A DNA stretch of 64,000 nucleotides from a virus (lineage: Duplodnaviria > Caudoviricetes). The position numbers and the translations under genes are program-made. Location of the stretch: the IMG/VR virus record IMGVR_UViG_3300020177_000966. One strand, given 5' to 3'. The notes beneath the pieces are model-generated. The model had not been told where the DNA came from. It was given only the letters and a program-made list of their open reading frames with translations, and did not search any database. Below, piece by piece: positions 58,498 to 64,000 of this stretch; position 1 is the stretch's first letter, and each line of letters starts with the position of its first letter.

Positions 58498-58745
58498 TAC
58501 TTACCTCCTTCGGTAGTTTCCTTTTTAGCGGCTTCAGCGGCATCAGCCTCTGCCTTTTGTACAGTTTGTAGGAAGTTATCAAGTTTATTAAATGTTTTAC
58601 CAACAGCTTCCATCTCGTTTGCTTTAAAAGCACCACGCTGACTAGCAACATCGATGATTGATCTAATAACACCTAGGTCTTGAACGGTTAGTTCTACTGG
58701 TGCTGTTGCTTGTGCTTCTTGCGTAGCAGTAGTTTCTTGTGACAT
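58497..58745 (-). CDS. Hypothetical protein (82 aa)
   Basis: AAGGAG RBS, with a minus-strand TAAATA at 58782-77 upstream. Confidence 0.6.
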   Translation of the reverse strand: MSQETTATQEAQATAPVELTVQDLGVIRSIIDVASQRGAFKANEMEAVGKTFNKLDNFLQTVQKAEADAAEAAKKETTEGGK

Positions 58746-58779
58746 ATTATGCTCCTTTTTAGTTATATGCGTATATTAT

Positions 58780-59058
58780 TTAGTTGTACTTTAATAGTGG
58801 ACATGCAAGAACGAAATAAGAAAGTTCTTTTGCATCTTCAAATCCGACTCTCATAACAGTATCTATTTTATTCTCTTTAGTAATACCTATTGTTTTGGCT
58901 AGGTAATAACGATGCTTCAAATTTTGTTGAATCCATTTTACCATTGCTTTTTCTGTGTTGTATGTAAATTTTAAATCAATGCAAGATAAATGAGGAGATT
59001 GATGTTCTAATCTCCTTGTATTAAAATAATCATGTGCTGATATCTTATTCTTTATCAT
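58780..59058 (-). CDS. Hypothetical protein (92 aa)
   Basis: ATGA overlap with the vWA gene. Confidence 0.55.
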   Translation of the reverse strand: MIKNKISAHDYFNTRRLEHQSPHLSCIDLKFTYNTEKAMVKWIQQNLKHRYYLAKTIGITKENKIDTVMRVGFEDAKELSYFVLACPLLKYN

Positions 59059-60326
59059 GCCGCTTCATCGTAATGCGCCGTCATACCAAACGGTGCTTTT
59101 AAATTTTTATCGTGATGACTATGAACTACAAATACTGTATCACAGTAATCGTCTTCGCCCCAGCTACCAAACGGATACCCGTCTGTAAACATCAAAAACT
59201 TCTTAGGCTGGATATCATTGTCTTTCATATATTTCCAGTTACAATCAAAGCTGGTTCCGCCGCCGCCCATAATTTCGTAGTCTAGCAAATCTTCACCGCT
59301 ATCTGCTGTAAAGTCTTGTTCATTATATACATCAGTATCAAAGCACCAAATCTTAATCTTGTAGTCTTTGTATTCGTCCATAATGCCTTTGACTTCACCT
59401 AAGAAGTCAGCCGCCTGTGCATTACCAATTGAACCGCTCATATCTAATGCAATGCAGATATCAATTGTTTCATCAAAATTCATACCGGGCAAAATAGCAC
59501 CAGTATGCCAGCCTTTGCGGCTAGGGCGACTAAATGTATAATCGTTTTTAATAGTACTTTGAATCTGTTGACGAAGCAATTCACGCCAATTCATTTTAGG
59601 TTCTGTAAGCTCTTTGATCATACGCTGTACAGCGCCTGGAACGTTGCCTGCACCAGCGGCTTGTGCCGCAGACATCATACTTTCTTTAATTTCATCCTTA
59701 ATCTTCTTCATTTCTTCTTTTGAATAAGTTGGATGACTTTTATTTTTTCCTTCTTCTGAATTATTATCGCCTGGACCTTCTTCCCAGTCAATGTGTTCGT
59801 CTAGCAATTCACCTAGTTGTTTTAAAAATTCTTGACCGTTTTCTTCTGCCTTTTTAAATAGATCATCGTATACTTCTTCAGAAGTCCAACCTTCATATTT
59901 GAAGTCTTGATAACATTGTACGATTGAAACCATTTCTCCAATACGATCACGCACTAGTGTATTATTTACGATATAGTCTGCGGCAATGTTATGTAATACA
60001 GGATTACGATCTTCTCTACGTGACATATGATCAAATACACAATGCAGAATCTCGTGTGCAATTACAAACTCAATTTCTTTATTTGAAAGTGCATTAAAAA
60101 ATTGAGTGTTAAAATATAAATGGCGGCCGTCAGTTGCCGCAGTAGGACACCAGTCATCACATGCTTCTACTTTAAGTCTAGTAGCCATGTTACCGAAGAA
60201 AGGATGGCGCAATAATAGGCCTACACGAGCTACAATAACCCTATCAAGAACTTCTTCTCGCATTACTTTAAGTTCTTCTGGAGTAATATCTGGATTAGGT
60301 GCGTAACCTTTAGTATCGATGCTCAT
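59055..60326 (-). CDS. vWA-domain protein with an N-terminal HExxH metallopeptidase-like domain (DUF2201-type)
   Basis: TAATDG..LYFN, AHEILH, NIAADYIVN, MIDAS DMSGS, and GGGGTSF. Confidence 0.85.
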   Translation of the reverse strand: MSIDTKGYAPNPDITPEELKVMREEVLDRVIVARVGLLLRHPFFGNMATRLKVEACDDWCPTAATDGRHLYFNTQFFNALSNKEIEFVIAHEILHCVFDHMSRREDRNPVLHNIAADYIVNNTLVRDRIGEMVSIVQCYQDFKYEGWTSEEVYDDLFKKAEENGQEFLKQLGELLDEHIDWEEGPGDNNSEEGKNKSHPTYSKEEMKKIKDEIKESMMSAAQAAGAGNVPGAVQRMIKELTEPKMNWRELLRQQIQSTIKNDYTFSRPSRKGWHTGAILPGMNFDETIDICIALDMSGSIGNAQAADFLGEVKGIMDEYKDYKIKIWCFDTDVYNEQDFTADSGEDLLDYEIMGGGGTSFDCNWKYMKDNDIQPKKFLMFTDGYPFGSWGEDDYCDTVFVVHSHHDKNLKAPFGMTAHYDEAA

Positions 60327-60358
60327 TTTGTTTCTCCTTTTCCCTAACTGTTATATAC

Positions 60359-60387
60359 AGTATACATGTATTTACTGTTGAAGTCAA
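60359..60387 (-). promoter_or_regulatory. Sigma70-type promoter TTGACT-N17-TATACT upstream of the vWA gene
   Basis: -35 at 60387-82, -10 at 60364-59, 17-nt spacer. The spacer also contains TAAATAC. Confidence 0.7.
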
Positions 60388-60391
60388 GCTG

Positions 60392-60422
60392 AAAAGGACG
60401 TTTTTATACAAAGAGAACGTCC
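60392..60422 (-). terminator. Probable intrinsic terminator after the MoxR gene
   Basis: GGACGTT/AACGTCC 7-bp stem with a 13-nt loop, followed by TTTT on the minus strand. Confidence 0.5.
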
Positions 60423-60437
60423 AAACTCTGTAGCCAT

Positions 60438-61529
60438 TTACGCGGCCTGCGCGGCTTTAATATACTTGCTGTAACGCTCGTGCCATTCGTCGAAGCATTC
60501 TACTTCGTCCGGATCAATGGGCAATTGGTACTGAGTAAGAGCAAGGCGAATAGCCATTACAACTAGCTCAGTATCAAAATTATCCATTGTAAAACGTAGG
60601 AAGTTATTAACTTTATCGTTAAACTTCTTATCGTTTTTGTCACATGCGTCTTTCAGTTCATAGCACAGTGAGACTGTCAAGGAATACATGGCACTGATTT
60701 CTTTAGTCTCAAGCTCTTTAACCTTACCTGTCAAAATGTCAGTTGGGTTAGGGAGTTTTGACGCAACCTTACGGTGTGCCATAAACTTAACAGCAAGTCC
60801 TTCGCCAATTGCACCACTTACCAAATCAGTAGTAGTGCTTTCATCGTCGTCGTCTTCAAGTAGTTCAGAAACAAACGACCATGAACGCGGTGTTGCAAAA
60901 GAACGGCTTGGCGACTTAGGATCAAAGTCGTACAAGTCTTTCTTAGCAAAAGTCAAATAACCGATAACATCTTTATGAATTTTATTTTCTACTGCCCACG
61001 CAAAGTAATCATCCCAATTAACAGCAAGTTCCAAGTGAACAAAACGGTTAGCCAACGGAGCAGGCATACGATAAGTAACACCTTTGTCTGCTTCGCGGTT
61101 ACCTGCCGCAACAATAAGAACATTGTCTGGCAATTTGTAAGTACCAACTCGGCGATTTAGAATCAACTGATAGGCTGCCGCTTGTACAGCTGGTGCCGCA
61201 GAGTTCATTTCATCTAGAAACAATACAATATTGTCGTATTGCGCCGCAAATTCTTCTGTTGGAAGTTCTGCTGGAGGCGCCCAAACCATTGTACTAGAGT
61301 TGCTGTCAAAATATGGAATACCTTTAATATCTGTAGGTTCCCAAAGTGATAGTCGGATATCAATAAGAAATGAATTAGTTAATACATTATTTGTAATTTG
61401 CGCAATGATATCTGATTTACCAATACCTGGAGGTCCCCAAAGGAACAGCGGACGCTTTTTAGCAAAAGCACGTACAATGCTTTTCTTTGCGCTGTTAGGT
61501 CCTACAGTACGAAGTGCGATATTTTCCAT
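60438..61529 (-). CDS. MoxR-family AAA+ ATPase
   Basis: Walker A WGPPGIGKS, Walker B LFLDE, AAYQLIL.R.VG, AAGNR, P.LANRF and TPRSW. A GAGG RBS favours the ATG at 61529. Confidence 0.9.
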   Translation of the reverse strand: MENIALRTVGPNSAKKSIVRAFAKKRPLFLWGPPGIGKSDIIAQITNNVLTNSFLIDIRLSLWEPTDIKGIPYFDSNSSTMVWAPPAELPTEEFAAQYDNIVLFLDEMNSAAPAVQAAAYQLILNRRVGTYKLPDNVLIVAAGNREADKGVTYRMPAPLANRFVHLELAVNWDDYFAWAVENKIHKDVIGYLTFAKKDLYDFDPKSPSRSFATPRSWSFVSELLEDDDDESTTTDLVSGAIGEGLAVKFMAHRKVASKLPNPTDILTGKVKELETKEISAMYSLTVSLCYELKDACDKNDKKFNDKVNNFLRFTMDNFDTELVVMAIRLALTQYQLPIDPDEVECFDEWHERYSKYIKAAQAA

Positions 61530-61586
61530 TTTATATTCCTCTTGTGTTTCAGTCAATGCCATAACTTAGTTTCTAAGTATGTATAT

Positions 61587-61615
61587 ATAATAACACCAGT
61601 ATGAGAAAGAGTCAA
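61587..61615 (-). promoter_or_regulatory. Sigma70-type promoter TTGACT-N17-TATTAT upstream of the MoxR gene
   Basis: -35 at 61615-10, -10 at 61592-87, 17-nt spacer. Confidence 0.65.
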
Positions 61616-61631
61616 CCTCTTTCTTACCAAT

Positions 61632-62018
61632 TTATTCAGAATTTGATCTTGAAATTGCTTTAGTTAAGCCGTATTTTCTTAGGTCACCGCTAAAAAGATG
61701 CAGTTCCATGGCTTTCTTTTCGTCCGTTACATAGATACTTTTTGAAGTTATATAGTATGGACACGTAATAAATTGGTCTAAAAAAATAACAGTTTGAGTA
61801 GTCATTTTGAAGTCTCTTGGAAATGGAACTTCGTAAGTTTGTAGATCTAATGTATTTGTAATAAATTCAAAACCTTCATCAGTAAGACGCAATCCGCCTT
61901 CTGATTTTTCTCTAGTGTTTTGCCACCATTCAGAACGATAATGTTTTAAATTTGCTTCGCTAATAGCAATATCAGATTGCTTTAGAAAGATCTTAGTATA
62001 TGTCTCTTTCCAGTTCAT
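61632..62018 (-). CDS. Hypothetical protein (128 aa)
   Basis: ORF in a minus-strand operon, overlapping the upstream gene. Confidence 0.55.
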   Translation of the reverse strand: MNWKETYTKIFLKQSDIAISEANLKHYRSEWWQNTREKSEGGLRLTDEGFEFITNTLDLQTYEVPFPRDFKMTTQTVIFLDQFITCPYYITSKSIYVTDEKKAMELHLFSGDLRKYGLTKAISRSNSE

Positions 62019-62305
62019 TCTTCTATAACAACATCGCCTTGTACAAGTCTATGTACTTTAAAGCCGTCAGTTTTGAACATTTCGTTGAGTTTTTTTGCTA
62101 GATTATGTGCATGTCCGGGATTACTAAAAGAAACCTTTTTATATTTAGGACCTGGATAGTTAGTTATTGCATTGGACGTTTTAAGGTTAAACGGTTCACC
62201 ATTATAAAATACAGCCCAAATAGCTTCAGATTTAAGTACTTGTTCGCACTTATATGTTGCTTTATCTACATATTCTAAAATGATTGTTGGTTTTGGTCTA
62301 CTCAT
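62015..62305 (-). CDS. Hypothetical protein (96 aa)
   Basis: AAGGA RBS, preceded by TAAATA and a hairpin. Confidence 0.6.
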   Translation of the reverse strand: MSRPKPTIILEYVDKATYKCEQVLKSEAIWAVFYNGEPFNLKTSNAITNYPGPKYKKVSFSNPGHAHNLAKKLNEMFKTDGFKVHRLVQGDVVIEE

Positions 62306-62342
62306 ATACGTAATCCTTTAAAATTAACTACGTATATATTTA
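62304..62342 (-). promoter_or_regulatory. Late promoter core plus a hairpin covering the start codon
   Basis: Minus-strand TAAATA at 62342-37. The 9-bp arms ATATACGTA/TACGTATAT (62337-29 and 62312-04) enclose the RBS in a 16-nt loop. Confidence 0.6.
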
Positions 62343-62369
62343 TCTTTTTTTGATAGAAAAACTAGTACT

Positions 62370-62615
62370 TTATTTCCATCCGGAACCACCGTCCATGCTA
62401 ATAGTTACAACTTCTTCAGCATTACCTGCATTTTCTATAACTAATCGTTCTAGTCTGCCTTGATGATTAGCTAAAATAGTTGTAAGTGTATATACAAGAT
62501 TTTTAGCTTGTGCTAACGGAATTCTAATTTCTTTTTGATTTCCTTGTTCTGCACTTTTAACAATTTGAACAAATTGTTGTATAGGTGCAGGATTAATCGG
62601 TTCGTTTGTTTGCAT
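62370..62615 (-). CDS. Hypothetical protein (81 aa)
   Basis: ORF in a minus-strand operon. Confidence 0.5.
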   Translation of the reverse strand: MQTNEPINPAPIQQFVQIVKSAEQGNQKEIRIPLAQAKNLVYTLTTILANHQGRLERLVIENAGNAEEVVTISMDGGSGWK

Positions 62616-63069
62616 TACTTAATTCCTGTCTCATTGTAAAGTCTGTTTTAAACGGACCTTTGTATTCATACTTTTCAAGTGTAACTAACTTAGGGCAAAA
62701 ACTTCTTACCCATCCTTTGTCAAATTTAATAATGTAATAACCTGCCGCATATAAACTTTTAGACTTTTTACTTTTTGTAAAAAGTGGTAACTTTTTTTGT
62801 ACATTATACATTACATTATACGGTGTTCCGCTTGTAGCAAAACCATGAATTTCTCTATCGATTTTACTACCGTCTGAAATACTTGTCTTATCCCAGCTCG
62901 CACCTCCAATGTAGCTGTTAAAAGATTTAGTATCGCTAAAGTATTCTGTCCCTGTTGAACAACTGTACATATATCTTTTATCTTCTTCTTTAGATAGTGT
63001 ACCAATACGTTCGCCATTAGATTCAATAATCCAAAACTTATTTTTTAGCACTGGTTTTGCTTTAATCAT
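62593..63069 (-). CDS. Hypothetical protein (158 aa)
   Basis: Overlaps the RNase H stop region; operonic. Confidence 0.55.
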   Translation of the reverse strand: MIKAKPVLKNKFWIIESNGERIGTLSKEEDKRYMYSCSTGTEYFSDTKSFNSYIGGASWDKTSISDGSKIDREIHGFATSGTPYNVMYNVQKKLPLFTKSKKSKSLYAAGYYIIKFDKGWVRSFCPKLVTLEKYEYKGPFKTDFTMRQELSNANKRTD

Positions 63070-64000
63070 ATATTGGCTCCATTATATTATATTTTGCATT
63101 CAGTGCATCTGCATATAATTGAATATTATCTGCAATACGTTGCATATCATGCTTTGCACAGAATTTCATAAGATGCAACCCAACTTGAGATACTTGTTTA
63201 GGCTTTGCATTTTCGGCAATAGTCTTATTTATTATTTCTCTAATCTCTGCAGGTTGTGCAGTCAAATCGCATAGTACAACATTACGATTGTAATCATCTA
63301 ATACACGATGTTCAACACCGTTATGATCTACCCAACGCTGTAACATCATGTTATTCCAATTGTAGCCTTTTGTACTCTTATCTTCAAATGCTTCTGTAAG
63401 CCCAACCTTATTCTTAGTGCCTTTTGTACGTACACCAGGATATGCACTAAACACATTGTCACTAGTGTCACCTCGCATACATTTCTCAAACAGCATAAAC
63501 GCAGGATTAGGTGCAGGCTTAGGCTCTTTTGTTTTCTTATCTACAACAGGCTTGCCCTTGTCGTCAAAGTAACCTTCGTGTGTAATAGTTGTATTAGACA
63601 CACCGTTGTACTGTTTTACGTTAGGAGCAATAAGTTGTGCAAAGTCACCATCTGTACTAATAATAATATGATTGTCATTAGGGTGTGCTTGTACCCAACC
63701 TGCAATCAAATCATCTGCTTCTAGTTGCGGATGTTGCATTACTGTACAGTTAGTCTTTACTGTAACAAAATTCTTAAACTCGTCGAACATCTCCCAAAAG
63801 ATTGTATCTTCTTCTTGCTGTGCAGGAGTTAATGCATCACGTGTTTCTTGTCTATTACGTTTGTAAGGTTCGTAATAGTCTTTACGCCAACTACGTCCTT
63901 CTAAACAAAAGATAACATGATCTCCGTTAAAGTCATTCCATGCTTTCTTAATACTGTTTAGCGTGATATGAAATGCCATACCTACTTTCGTATCGATATC
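63062..64000 (-). CDS. rnh: T4 RNase H-like 5'-3' exonuclease; 5' end lies beyond the window
   Basis: SWRKDYY..YKRNR, LEADDLIA, STDGDFAQL and GDTSDNV. The frame stays open from 63979 to the window edge. Confidence 0.88.
   Translation of the reverse strand, partial: DIDTKVGMAFHITLNSIKKAWNDFNGDHVIFCLEGRSWRKDYYEPYKRNRQETRDALTPAQQEEDTIFWEMFDEFKNFVTVKTNCTVMQHPQLEADDLIAGWVQAHPNDNHIIISTDGDFAQLIAPNVKQYNGVSNTTITHEGYFDDKGKPVVDKKTKEPKPAPNPAFMLFEKCMRGDTSDNVFSAYPGVRTKGTKNKVGLTEAFEDKSTKGYNWNNMMLQRWVDHNGVEHRVLDDYNRNVVLCDLTAQPAEIREIINKTIAENAKPKQVSQVGLHLMKFCAKHDMQRIADNIQLYADALNAKYNIMEPIYD

Noticed and set aside
58745-58782. A fifth promoter-hairpin unit upstream of the 82-aa gene
   Set aside because: TAAATA is present but only a weak, bulged stem can be drawn, so it was not counted.
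600-63866. Many short or antisense ORFs in the track (e.g. 16510-17022, 22769-23251, 24794-25228, 26976-27437, 60688-60960)
   Set aside because: They lie entirely within longer, motif-supported genes, lack RBS and recognisable motifs, and look like shadow ORFs.
1-64000. CRISPR arrays, tRNA/rRNA genes, transposases, integrases
   Set aside because: No spaced direct repeats, cloverleaf-like segments or recombinase motifs were seen, and the intergenic gaps are too short.

Overview
This is an AT-rich, densely coding segment of a large, probably jumbo, T4-like myovirus genome, most plausibly marine. The host cannot be determined from sequence. It has four blocks. (1) 1-28.2 kb (+): a baseplate/tail module with a 5'-truncated gp5-like spike protein ending in a GH19 lysozyme, a PAAR-like tip fused to an M15 peptidase, gp25- and gp6-like wedge proteins, a 4987-aa giant structural protein and three paralogous tail fibres. 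(2) 28.2-48.2 kb: directly behind the fibre genes, an array of 12 radical-SAM enzymes in three paralogous subfamilies, with four glycosyltransferase-like genes, a methyltransferase, an SGNH hydrolase and a QueC-like PP-loop ATPase. (3) 48.3-56.3 kb: a tailoring/uptake block with an Fe/2OG oxygenase, a possible GNAT, an (R)-amine-transaminase-like PLP enzyme, two adenylate-forming enzymes, a methyltransferase and a TctA/TctC transporter lacking TctB; another fibre gene closes it. (4) 57.5-64 kb (-): hypothetical genes, a MoxR ATPase with a vWA-metallopeptidase under sigma70-type promoters, and a truncated RNase H. The best candidate for an undescribed system is the roughly 28-kb radical-SAM/glycosyltransferase cluster lying between fibre genes; my inference is a phage-encoded glycan-building and radical-tailoring pathway for virion or surface decoration. 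A recurring regulatory motif is also visible: a TAAATA late-promoter core immediately followed by a hairpin over the ribosome-binding region. All functional calls come from motif recognition by eye; no database searches were run.
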